Below are positions 1-8,575 of a stretch of DNA of 64,000 bases, in pieces (positions within the stretch are counted from its first letter, which is position 1; every line of letters starts with the position of its first letter). The stretch lies in assembly GCA_026414165.1 (NCBI GenBank), contig JAOAJN010000001.1, forward strand, positions 50,422 to 114,421. The letters run 5' to 3'. The DNA comes from Candidatus Methanomethylicaceae archaeon (GTDB taxonomy: Archaea; Thermoproteota; Methanomethylicia; Methanomethylicales; Methanomethylicaceae). A program made the translations under genes and the position numbers. A model generated the notes under the pieces. The model did not search any database and was not told the DNA's origin. It saw only the letters and a list, made by a program, of their open reading frames with translations.

Positions 1-114
1 TTTCCAGGCTCTAGTTGGGATTTGGGCGGAGTTTGTGGAAAACCTTATCCAGTAACAACTATTGCTATAATCGATCCTGGCGAATCTTCTATCCTTCAAC
101 TAAAGGAGGGATGA
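1..114 (+). CDS. ribosomal protein L30e (eL30), C-terminal fragment (5' partial)
   Basis: Frame 1 reads ...GVCGKPYPVTTIAIIDPGESSILQLKEG*, resembling the L30e C-terminus; L30e precedes NusA in archaeal operons. Confidence 0.5.
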   Translation, partial: FPGSSWDLGGVCGKPYPVTTIAIIDPGESSILQLKEG

Positions 115-147
115 GTCTTTCCAAACATTAGACTCACTGCGGATGAA

Positions 148-552
148 ATGCGCTACATTGCCTTACTTGAAAATTTGACAGGGGCAATTGCAAAAGATTG
201 TGTATTAGAGCCTGAAGGTAATAGGATTATTTTTGTTATCCGTCCTGGCGACATGGGTTTAGCTATTGGTAAAAACGGCGTCAATATTGAGAGAGCTAGA
301 AAAGTAATAGGCAGAAATGTTGAGATCGTTGAACATGCAGATTCTCCTGAGGAGTTTTTGAAAAACATACTCGCGCCTGCGAAAGTCCGGGGAATAAAGA
401 TTACGAAAAATTCTGAAGGAAACACTGTAGCTCAGGTAACGGTTGATCCGAAAGATAAGGGCATTGCCATAGGCAGGAATGGTCGCAACATAGCAAAAAC
501 AAGACTCCTTATGAAACGCCATTTTGACATTAGCAATGTTGTGATACTTTGA
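148..552 (+). CDS. nusA: archaeal NusA-like transcription termination factor (two KH domains)
   Basis: Two KH GxxG motifs (IGKNGVNI, IGRNGRNI); about 134 aa; position L30e-NusA-S12-S7. Confidence 0.75.
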   Translation: MRYIALLENLTGAIAKDCVLEPEGNRIIFVIRPGDMGLAIGKNGVNIERARKVIGRNVEIVEHADSPEEFLKNILAPAKVRGIKITKNSEGNTVAQVTVDPKDKGIAIGRNGRNIAKTRLLMKRHFDISNVVIL

Positions 553-619
553 AGGAACTCTCTTCCGACAAAGTTAAATAATTGTGAATCTTTTACGAAG
601 ACCGCACTGGGTGTATCAC

Positions 620-1063
620 ATGGCAGGCTCAAAATCACCAAAGGGGCTCCTCGCCGGGAGAAAATTGTCCAATAAGAGGAAAAAGTTCCGCTGGAGCCTA
701 AGGCAATTCAAAAGAAGAGCTTTGAGGCTAGATGAGAAAGCTGACCCACTAGAAGGTGCTCCGCAGGCGAGGGGCATTGTATTAGAAAAGGTCGGCGTGG
801 AAAGTAGACAGCCTAATAGCGCCGTAAGAAAATGCGTCAGAGTACAACTCATTAAAAATGGAAAGCAGATCACTGCATTTCTACCTGGAGACGGTGCTCT
901 TAACTTCGTCGATGAGCACGATGAGGTGATAGTAGAAGGAATAGGTGGTCCTATGGGTAAGGCGATTGGTGACCTCCCTGGAGTGCGATGGAAAGTAGTA
1001 AAGATAAATGGCGTATCGCTAAGTGCCTTGATGACTGGTAAGAAGCAGAAGCCAGTGAGGTGA
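620..1063 (+). CDS. rps12: 30S ribosomal protein S12 (uS12)
   Basis: [12 protein letters not shown]...PGDGA conserved S12 core; ATG at 620; followed by S7. Confidence 0.9.
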   Translation: MAGSKSPKGLLAGRKLSNKRKKFRWSLRQFKRRALRLDEKADPLEGAPQARGIVLEKVGVESRQPNSAVRKCVRVQLIKNGKQITAFLPGDGALNFVDEHDEVIVEGIGGPMGKAIGDLPGVRWKVVKINGVSLSALMTGKKQKPVR

Positions 1064-1635
1064 AGACTTTGTCAGAGATAAAGCTTTTCGGAAAATGGGA
1101 CACATCCAACGTTCAGATAAAGGATTTGGGTCTTAAGGCTTACATCTCACTTAATCCAATGCTTATTCCTCACTCCTGCGGGAGGCACGAACACAAGCGT
1201 TTTGGAAAGGCAAAGGTAAATATTGTGGAGAGACTCGCAAATAGAATAATGCGTCCTGGAAAGAACGGAGGAAAGAAGGCATTAGCTCTAAGCATTGTTG
1301 ATAATGCACTTGAACTAGTCTACTTAAAAACTGGAGAAAATCCAGTTCAGGTCTTGGTAAGAGCAATAGAAAATTCAGCACCAAGGGAAGAAGTTACACG
1401 TATAAGTTATGGTGGCGTGACCTATCCTCAGTCAGTCGATTCTTCTCCACAACGCAGGGTTGACTTAGCCCTAAGGTTCATTACAGATGCCGCAAGAAAT
1501 TCTGCCTTTGGTAGTAACAAACCGATTGAAGAATGCCTTGCGGATGAAATTGTAATGGCCGCCAGCAATGATCCAAAGAGCTACGCCGTTCAGAAAAGGG
1601 AAGAGATCGAACGTATTGCTATCTCAGCCAGATAA
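1060..1635 (+). CDS. rps7: 30S ribosomal protein S7 (uS7)
   Basis: Typical S7 N-terminus (KLFGKWD) and length; 4-nt overlap with S12 stop. Confidence 0.9.
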   Translation: MKTLSEIKLFGKWDTSNVQIKDLGLKAYISLNPMLIPHSCGRHEHKRFGKAKVNIVERLANRIMRPGKNGGKKALALSIVDNALELVYLKTGENPVQVLVRAIENSAPREEVTRISYGGVTYPQSVDSSPQRRVDLALRFITDAARNSAFGSNKPIEECLADEIVMAASNDPKSYAVQKREEIERIAISAR

Positions 1636-1767
1636 AGCTGCCGTCATTACTATTTCAAATACTACTGTTACTTTGGTTACAATATTTTATAGACCCATAA
1701 CGCAATATCTCTTTTATCCCGCTTTTTTCTACAAGTAAAATGGAATTCCATGCTTTTCCAACTAAAC

Positions 1768-1776
1768 TTTATATAT
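1768..1776 (+). promoter_or_regulatory. TATA-like box (tttatatat) about 50 bp upstream of the EF-1alpha ATG; GAGG Shine-Dalgarno-like at 1811-1815
   Basis: AT-rich TATA consensus in a 190-bp intergenic region. Confidence 0.3.
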
Positions 1777-1823
1777 GACTGACTATTCTCTAACTTCAAC
1801 AGACAATTAAGAGGCGAAATTAA

Positions 1824-3134
1824 ATGTCATCCCAGAAGAAAGAGCACTTGAATTTGCTCGTAATGGGACACGTGGACAACGGGAAGAGTACGCTTGTCGG
1901 TCATCTCCTCTTCCTAGCAGGTGGACTTGATGATCGTTATTTAGCCGCCTTGGAAGAGGAAGCGAAGAAGACCGGTAAGGAGTTCGCAAAATTCGCTTGG
2001 CTCGGAGACAAGTTGAAAGAAGAAAGAGAGCGAGACATGACTATAGACCTCTCATTCTGGAAGTTCGAGACTCCAAAGTACTTCTTCACCATCATCGACG
2101 CTCCTGGGCACAGGGACTTCGTTAAGAACATGATTACTGGTGCGTCCCAGGCAGACTGCGCAATACTTGTGGTGTCAGCAAAGAAGGGTGAGTACGAAGC
2201 AGGAATGGGTCCAGGTGGTCAGACGCGGGAGCATGCATTCTTAGCGAAGACTTTAGGTGTTAACCAAGTTGTAGTTGCCATAAACAAAATGGACGATCAG
2301 ACTGTTAGCTACAATGAACAAAGGTACAATGAAGTAAAAGACGGCGTCTTCAAATTCTTGAAGATGATCGGCTACGACACTTCCAAAATTTTGGCCATAC
2401 CAATATCTGGCTGGAAGGGCGACAACATAATCAAACACAGTCCAAATACCCCATGGTACAAGGGACCAACCCTCTTTGAGGCGCTAGATACCTTTGTACC
2501 GCCTGAGAAACCAATCAATAAACCACTCAGAGTTCCTATACAGGACGTTTACACAATCACAGGTGTGGGCACAGTGCCTGTAGGAAGGGTAGAGACAGGC
2601 GTAATGAAGGTGGGAATGAATGTTGTCTTTATGCCTGCAAACAAAACTGGTGAGGTCAAATCAATCGAGACTCACCACATGAAGATCGAGGAGGCGGTGC
2701 CAGGAGACAATATTGGCTTTAACGTAAAAGGTGTCGGAAAGACTGACATTCACAGGGGCGATGTCTGCGGCGAGGTCTCAAAACCACCGACAGTGGCAGA
2801 GACTTTCAAAGGCAGAATATTCGTCCTATACCACCCAACAGCCATCGCTGCTGGCTACACGCCTGTTCTACATGTTCACACGGCAACAGTAGCCACCACA
2901 TTCTTAGAACTCGAAAAGAAGATCGATCCCAAGACTGGGGCGGTCATAGAGGAGAAGCCGAGCTTCCTGAAGCAAGGCGACAGCGCCATAGTGACCTTCA
3001 AACCCACAAAGCCGCTTGCAATCGAGCTCTACAACGACCTTCCACCATTGGGCAGATTCGCTCTCAGAGATATGGGCAGGACTATTGCCGCTGGTGTCGT
3101 AACTGAGATCAAGCCTGCTACACTAGCCAAATAA
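1824..3134 (+). CDS. tuf: translation elongation factor EF-1alpha (aEF1A)
   Basis: [10 protein letters not shown]-loop, [12 protein letters not shown] motifs; 436 aa. Confidence 0.95.
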   Translation: MSSQKKEHLNLLVMGHVDNGKSTLVGHLLFLAGGLDDRYLAALEEEAKKTGKEFAKFAWLGDKLKEERERDMTIDLSFWKFETPKYFFTIIDAPGHRDFVKNMITGASQADCAILVVSAKKGEYEAGMGPGGQTREHAFLAKTLGVNQVVVAINKMDDQTVSYNEQRYNEVKDGVFKFLKMIGYDTSKILAIPISGWKGDNIIKHSPNTPWYKGPTLFEALDTFVPPEKPINKPLRVPIQDVYTITGVGTVPVGRVETGVMKVGMNVVFMPANKTGEVKSIETHHMKIEEAVPGDNIGFNVKGVGKTDIHRGDVCGEVSKPPTVAETFKGRIFVLYHPTAIAAGYTPVLHVHTATVATTFLELEKKIDPKTGAVIEEKPSFLKQGDSAIVTFKPTKPLAIELYNDLPPLGRFALRDMGRTIAAGVVTEIKPATLAK

Positions 3135-3160
3135 CCCTCCTTTTTTATGGTGTAATGTTT

Positions 3161-3469
3161 ATGCCTCAAAAAGCTAGGATAATGCTAAGCAGTACAGATC
3201 ATCGAAAGCTAGATGATGTATGTTCTCAGATCAAAAAGATTGTAGAGAAGACTGGTGTTAGGATGGCAGGTCCAGTTCCACTTCCCACAAAGAGGCTATT
3301 AGTTCCCACAATGAAGTCCCCCGCAGGGGAAGGGACTAAAACTTGGGATAAGTGGGAGATGCGGATTCATAAACGCTTGATAGATATCGATGCCGACGAT
3401 AGAACAATGCGCCAAATGATGCGCATTCAGGTACCTGATGATGTTTTTATCGAGATAGAGCTTGTATAA
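3161..3469 (+). CDS. rps10: 30S ribosomal protein S10 (uS10)
   Basis: [15 protein letters not shown] conserved S10 N-terminus; immediately downstream of EF-1alpha. Confidence 0.9.
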   Translation: MPQKARIMLSSTDHRKLDDVCSQIKKIVEKTGVRMAGPVPLPTKRLLVPTMKSPAGEGTKTWDKWEMRIHKRLIDIDADDRTMRQMMRIQVPDDVFIEIELV

Positions 3470-3540
3470 GTTTCAACCACAAAAATTTATTTTAATCTCT
3501 TCCGCTTCCCGCTCCCTTTTCTAAGAAGACTACTATATTC

Positions 3541-3822
3541 TCATAAAGAATTTAGGTTTAAATCTAAATTAGAGTCGCGATCTTCGGCATGCAACCAAGC
3601 TATGATCAAAATATTGAACTTAAGTAATCGCTTTTTACATTTTGTAAGAAAAGATCGTATTTCTCTAATGCTATTTTCCCGCACAATATCGTCTAGTTTG
3701 TAATAGCCCAAATTTTTCGACGAGTTTTTCATTTGTCTGGATGGAACAGCCAATTTAACAATAAGACAAAGAATTTGTTGTAAAAAGGAGACATAGTAAT
3801 CATAGAAGCAGGGAAAAAACAC
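3541..3822 (-). CDS. hypothetical small protein (questionable) in an AT-rich region
   Basis: 93-aa ORF in an AT-rich, low-coding-potential region downstream of the tRNA; no recognizable motifs. Confidence 0.15.
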   Translation of the reverse strand: MFFPCFYDYYVSFLQQILCLIVKLAVPSRQMKNSSKNLGYYKLDDIVRENSIREIRSFLTKCKKRLLKFNILIIAWLHAEDRDSNLDLNLNSL

Positions 3823-4060
3823 AAAGTCCGTTCTATAGGATCCCTTCTGTTATCTCTGGAACCACATAAAAGAGGGCGCTGAAAAATTTAGCAAATAATC
3901 TTTATCAGAAAAATAACTTTGTACAATCAGCATGCATATCCATAAGAAGTCTAGTTGTTATTTAATTATTTGTTTATTCTAGCTTATTCCTTAACTATTG
4001 AAGTAATGTGATGCTTCCAACTTCCAAATACCTAATTCTTTTATAAATGGGCTCAATAGG

Positions 4061-4165
4061 CGCCGGGGAAGGGATTCGAACCCTTGCTCCCCAGAAGGGG
4101 AACCGGCTTACCTGTCCCTTTTTAAGATCTCGAGGCCGGCGCCTTAACCGCTCAGCCACCCCGGC
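4061..4165 (-). tRNA. tRNA-Ser(CGA)-like type II tRNA with an approximately 20-nt intron in the anticodon loop; no encoded CCA
   Basis: Reverse complement gives GCCGGGG...CCCCGGC acceptor stem, GTTCGAATCC T-loop, D-loop with GG, CUCGAGA loop with U33-CGA, long variable arm (CCCC/GGGG); 105 nt implies an intron. Confidence 0.7.
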
Positions 4166-4184
4166 TAATTGCCTTCAAGAGCAC

Positions 4185-4192
4185 TTTATATT
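4185..4192 (-). promoter_or_regulatory. TATA box (aatataaa on the minus strand) at about -20 to -27 of the tRNA-Ser 5' end
   Basis: Canonical archaeal TATA spacing upstream of the tRNA gene. Confidence 0.35.
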
Positions 4193-4250
4193 CCCTATTA
4201 TTTTTTTCATTATGTTTTGGGCACCCTCGGCATTAAATATCTTTTGCTGA

Positions 4251-4691
4251 CTAGATGTCCAATACAAAATATGCCTCCCATTTTCCTTTAACCTGAAAGA
4301 TTCTCATTAACGAATAAGTCATAGCCTTTACGCCTACCTTATGTCCGTGCTTTTTAGGATCATATTCCTCCCCGTAAATTTTTGCATAAAGAAAGTAAGA
4401 GTTTTCCTTTTCGGCTTTTTTTATTTCTTCAACTTTCGCTCTTGCCACAGCAAAACTCTTAGAATCGAATACCAACAATAGATGATCTACCCACATATAA
4501 AGAAGTTGCTCTATGTCCTTTGCTTTTATCTCAACTTCCAGTAGATCTCTCTCCTTAACCATTGTCGTATCCAACATGACCTCAAAAGTCGCCTTAGCTG
4601 CCTCCTCAAATAAACCTTCTAAACTGTCAGATACTATATGAACATATACATCTGATGTATGATCCAAGTAGGAGTATACCAATTCCGACAC
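4251..4691 (-). CDS. archease (RtcB activator)
   Basis: YLDHTSDVYVH...LEGLFEEAAKA matches the archease N-terminal signature; about 146 aa; divergent from rtcB. Confidence 0.8.
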   Translation of the reverse strand: MSELVYSYLDHTSDVYVHIVSDSLEGLFEEAAKATFEVMLDTTMVKERDLLEVEIKAKDIEQLLYMWVDHLLLVFDSKSFAVARAKVEEIKKAEKENSYFLYAKIYGEEYDPKKHGHKVGVKAMTYSLMRIFQVKGKWEAYFVLDI

Positions 4692-4838
4692 CTAATAAAT
4701 TATGAGAGGAGATCCTTTTTCTGGATTTCTCACTAAATTTAAATGACTGAATTTGTATATGATAATAAATCAGGGCGCCTACTTTTGTGCGCCTTTTTCC
4801 TCTGTTTATCCATTTTATGAAAAGGTTGGTGATTAATA

Positions 4839-6296
4839 ATGGCATCCGTAAATATTCCGCTTAAAAAAATAGGAGAGAACATATGGGAGATCTCCAAGAG
4901 TTTTAACCCAAACATGAAAGTTCCATGTAGGATCTATGCCGACGAATCATTACTCGATAAGATGAAACAGGATCTAACCTTACAGCAATGTGTAAATGTT
5001 GCTCAACTTCCAGGCATTCTTAAATTTTCGATCACCATGCCTGATGGTCATCAGGGGTACGGTTTCCCTATTGGTGGTGTGGCTGCTTTCGATTCTGAGA
5101 ATGGAATAATCTCGCCCGGGGGAGTAGGCTACGACATCAATTGCGGTGTGCGCCTTGTTCTTACAAACCTGGACATCCGCGATGTTCGTCCCCAACTTCC
5201 GAAACTAGTAGATGTCCTCTTTGATCTTGTACCATCAGGTCTTGGCAGCAAAGGTGGAATTCGATTGGATCCAACCCAGCAAGATCGCGTATTAGATATG
5301 GGCGTTGAATGGGCTATCCAAAAAGGTTACGGATGGGATGAAGATGCAAAGAGGTGTGAGGAGAATGGCTGCATGAAGACGGCAGATCACTCCAAAGTCT
5401 CATCAAATGCAAAATCGCGAGGGGCAAGCCAGCTCGGCACCCTAGGGAGTGGAAACCACTTCCTTGAGGTCCAGATGGTAGAAAAGATATTCGATCAGCA
5501 TGCTGCCAAGACTTTTGGAATTGAACATGAGGGTCAAGTTGTTGTGATGATCCATTCTGGCAGCAGGGGGTTGGGTCATCAGGTCTGTAGTGACTATCTC
5601 CATGTTATGGAGCACGCTGTTACAAAGTACAAGATAAAGATCCCTGATAGAGAGCTTGCATGCGCACCAGCTGAGAGCCCAGAGGCTAAAGACTATTTTG
5701 CGGCTATGTCTGCAGCATGCAATTACGCTTGGGCAAATAGGCAGTGCATAACCCATTGGACTAGAGAGGCTTTTCAAAAAGTTTTCAAGAGTGACCCCGA
5801 AAAACTTGGAATGCGCCTCGTTTACGACGTAGCACACAACTTGGCGAAACGAGAAGAGCATATTTATGAGGGCAAGAGGCGCACCCTCTATGTTCACAGG
5901 AAAGGCGCTACAAGGGCCTTTCCTGCTGGTCGACCTGAAATTCCCCAAGAGTATCAGAATATTGGACAGCCTGTGATAATCCCTGGTAGCATGGGAACTG
6001 CCTCATATCTGCTAGTTGGAGCTCCAATGTCCATGGAACTGAGTTGGGGCTCAACTGCCCATGGCGCTGGTAGATATCTCAGCAGAGAAGCTGCAATAAA
6101 GAAATATTGGGGGAGCGATATCAAGCGCGATCTCGAGAACAGAGGCATACAACTAAGAGCCGCAAACATTCGAGTAATAGCCGAGGAGGCCCCTGGTGCC
6201 TACAAGGATGTGGATAAAGTCGCAGAGGTCTCTCACCAGTTGGGTATCGCTACACTCGTTGCGAGAATGGTGCCGATAGGGGTGACTAAAGGCTGA
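4839..6296 (+). CDS. rtcB: tRNA-splicing ligase RtcB
   Basis: HQGYGFPIGGVAAF, GGVGYDINCGVRL, GSRGLGHQ motifs; 485 aa; no intein. Confidence 0.9.
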   Translation: MASVNIPLKKIGENIWEISKSFNPNMKVPCRIYADESLLDKMKQDLTLQQCVNVAQLPGILKFSITMPDGHQGYGFPIGGVAAFDSENGIISPGGVGYDINCGVRLVLTNLDIRDVRPQLPKLVDVLFDLVPSGLGSKGGIRLDPTQQDRVLDMGVEWAIQKGYGWDEDAKRCEENGCMKTADHSKVSSNAKSRGASQLGTLGSGNHFLEVQMVEKIFDQHAAKTFGIEHEGQVVVMIHSGSRGLGHQVCSDYLHVMEHAVTKYKIKIPDRELACAPAESPEAKDYFAAMSAACNYAWANRQCITHWTREAFQKVFKSDPEKLGMRLVYDVAHNLAKREEHIYEGKRRTLYVHRKGATRAFPAGRPEIPQEYQNIGQPVIIPGSMGTASYLLVGAPMSMELSWGSTAHGAGRYLSREAAIKKYWGSDIKRDLENRGIQLRAANIRVIAEEAPGAYKDVDKVAEVSHQLGIATLVARMVPIGVTKG

Positions 6297-6334
6297 ACTA
6301 TGAACCAGTCCTCTCCCAATTTGGGAGATTTGTT

Positions 6335-6937
6335 GTGATTCATGAGGAATCTTTTGAAGGTGTAGGGCTATCCTCTAATGTTTATGTCCTCAAATCTGCA
6401 GAGGGCTACCTCATATTCGATGCTAGCGGTCACCCTGATCTATTATCTTTTCTGACGGGTGTAGGGATAGAAAAGGACAGAATACTGGGCGTATTTTTAA
6501 CACACGGTCACTATGACCATGTAACCGGTCTGACCTCTCTCTTAGGTGCTAATATCAAGGCATTTCTAAACCTAAAGGATCTTAATCTGATGAAAAGCTG
6601 CATAGGTTCTCGTGAGGTATCAGACATCTCCGAGGGGATCTCTCTTCTCGAGAAAATTGGTCTCAAAGCCCTACCAACACCTGGACATACCCCGGGAAGC
6701 ACATGTTTTTACTCGGAGGGAGAGTCTTTTCTCATAAGTGGAGACACCGTTTTCGCAGATGGGTACTTCGGCAGAACTGATCTTATTGGCGGCAGCAACT
6801 CCGATATGAAGTCTTCTCTTAAATATCTCTCATCTCTTGAAGTAAAATCTCTTCTTCCAGGACACGGAAGCTATATACTGGATGGCGGCTCCAAGGCGAT
6901 CTCCTTAGCTCTATTAAATGCCAATTATCTTCTCTAG
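6335..6937 (+). CDS. MBL-fold metallo-hydrolase
   Basis: LTHGHYDHVTGL (HxHxDH) zinc-binding motif; GTG start. Confidence 0.7.
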   Translation: MIHEESFEGVGLSSNVYVLKSAEGYLIFDASGHPDLLSFLTGVGIEKDRILGVFLTHGHYDHVTGLTSLLGANIKAFLNLKDLNLMKSCIGSREVSDISEGISLLEKIGLKALPTPGHTPGSTCFYSEGESFLISGDTVFADGYFGRTDLIGGSNSDMKSSLKYLSSLEVKSLLPGHGSYILDGGSKAISLALLNANYLL

Positions 6938-6951
6938 ATGTACATGGTCTA

Positions 6952-7893
6952 TCAACCCAAAATGGCTCCATGCATTATCCATGCCATTATCAAGGAGAAC
7001 CCTGGCACCAACGTCCACAAAATTATCAACCTCACCAAAAACCCCTTTCCGAGCGCACGGAATCCCTTTCCAAGCCCCCCACCCAACACTCCTCCTATTA
7101 CAGAGTGACTAATGGATACAGGAATCCCTGCCTGCGTGAACAAGTGTACTACCAAAGCCGCGCTGAACTGTGAGGAAAAGCCCGTTGCAGGTCCCAGACT
7201 TGCCATACCCTCTCCAACAGTCCTAGCAACCCTCTCCCCCATCAAAAACCCACCTAAAGATGTGGCGACTATGGCTAAAATCAACGTCTGAAACCCTCCA
7301 AGGTCTATGCCGACGACACCAACTATGAGGCCCAAAGTGTTGGCTCCCAATGCATAGGCCGTATAAAAACTTGTCCCTATGGTCAATATCCCATATGTTA
7401 CTATTGTTTCTGACACTCCCTTGAACATCAACTTACGTGTAATTTTCGTCAAAACATATGCTATGAACATTGCCGATATGGGCGTCGCCAACCATGATAA
7501 AAATACACTCGAAACATTCGACCAATCTATCGGTATTCCCATATACAAAGCACTGCCCAATGATGCTCCATAAAGTGCTTGGGTGATCGGCAAAGGTAAC
7601 CTAAGAGTAGTTGCCAAAATCAGCATAGCAAAAGTCACACCCATTACGACCTCTAACGAAAAAGTCTCAAGCACACCATGCAGAGCCTTTCCCTGTACCG
7701 CATTGGAAAGTTTCCATCCTTCCAAGACCGCACCTGCCGCTATTCCGAGTATAAAAATTATTACGCCGTTCCTGTATGAGATTACCTTAGAACCTGCCAC
7801 AGTACCTGCAGAATTACTTGCATTATTTGCACCAGTTATTACAAGCATAGTCGTTGTCAGGATTGCCAATAGTACCGACATGAAACTATGCAC
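6952..7893 (-). CDS. inorganic phosphate transporter, PiT family
   Basis: GANNASNSAGTVAGSKVIS resembles the PiT/PHO4 GANDVAN signature; polytopic membrane protein. Confidence 0.7.
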   Translation of the reverse strand: MHSFMSVLLAILTTTMLVITGANNASNSAGTVAGSKVISYRNGVIIFILGIAAGAVLEGWKLSNAVQGKALHGVLETFSLEVVMGVTFAMLILATTLRLPLPITQALYGASLGSALYMGIPIDWSNVSSVFLSWLATPISAMFIAYVLTKITRKLMFKGVSETIVTYGILTIGTSFYTAYALGANTLGLIVGVVGIDLGGFQTLILAIVATSLGGFLMGERVARTVGEGMASLGPATGFSSQFSAALVVHLFTQAGIPVSISHSVIGGVLGGGLGKGFRALGKGFLVRLIILWTLVPGFSLIMAWIMHGAILG

Positions 7894-8557
7894 CTGACTT
7901 TACAACCATCGCCGTTATTATGTCAGACGCATTTTCAGCAGCATCGGCAATCATGTCCAACAAAAATATGAAATCTCTAATCTGGAGATAGGTTAATGGA
8001 GAAGTCTTCTTCTCTCTGCTTGTGAGCATCTTCAAAGCATCAAGTTTTATATCGTCCAACTTCTCTTCGTATTTTTCTACCTCATGCGCGAGATCCAGCG
8101 CCTCATTCTTATTTTTATTTATCATTTCTAATGCCTTTATCAAGATCTTTACAATCTCGATAGTTCCATAGACCATTTCCTTTACTTTTTCGTTACAATC
8201 TCTAACCTCTTCCATCTCTTCCTTGCTCGGTTCCCTAGATGCTAAAGCCCTTGAAGCTTCTTTGGCTCTATCCGCGATCTGATCCATGGCTTCAACAAGC
8301 CTTAGGAAGTCCTCCTTTAGTCCTACAAACAACATGCCGCTATAGAGTTTGATCTCAACACCGCGCTTCACATCATCTGCCTCTCTTTCCATAAATGCTA
8401 TCCTCTCAGCAGTAGCCTTCACTCTATTCCAATCATGACAGTCACACTCTTCTATTAACTCAGACAATAACTTGATCGCGTCCATTACCAGCTGGGAGTG
8501 TATTTTTAGTCCTTCTTCTATCCCTTTGAGAGGAAATGATGTAATCTTTCTCCACAT
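7886..8557 (-). CDS. PhoU-like/DUF47 family phosphate transport regulator (PiT accessory protein)
   Basis: Helical coiled-coil protein immediately upstream of, and overlapping, the PiT gene, as in DUF47-PiT pairs. Confidence 0.6.
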   Translation of the reverse strand: MWRKITSFPLKGIEEGLKIHSQLVMDAIKLLSELIEECDCHDWNRVKATAERIAFMEREADDVKRGVEIKLYSGMLFVGLKEDFLRLVEAMDQIADRAKEASRALASREPSKEEMEEVRDCNEKVKEMVYGTIEIVKILIKALEMINKNKNEALDLAHEVEKYEEKLDDIKLDALKMLTSREKKTSPLTYLQIRDFIFLLDMIADAAENASDIITAMVVKSGA

Positions 8558-8575
8558 AATTTGCTACCAGTCCGC

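Noticed and set aside
5442-5948. 168-aa minus ORF inside rtcB
   Set aside because: It is a shadow ORF antisense to RtcB.
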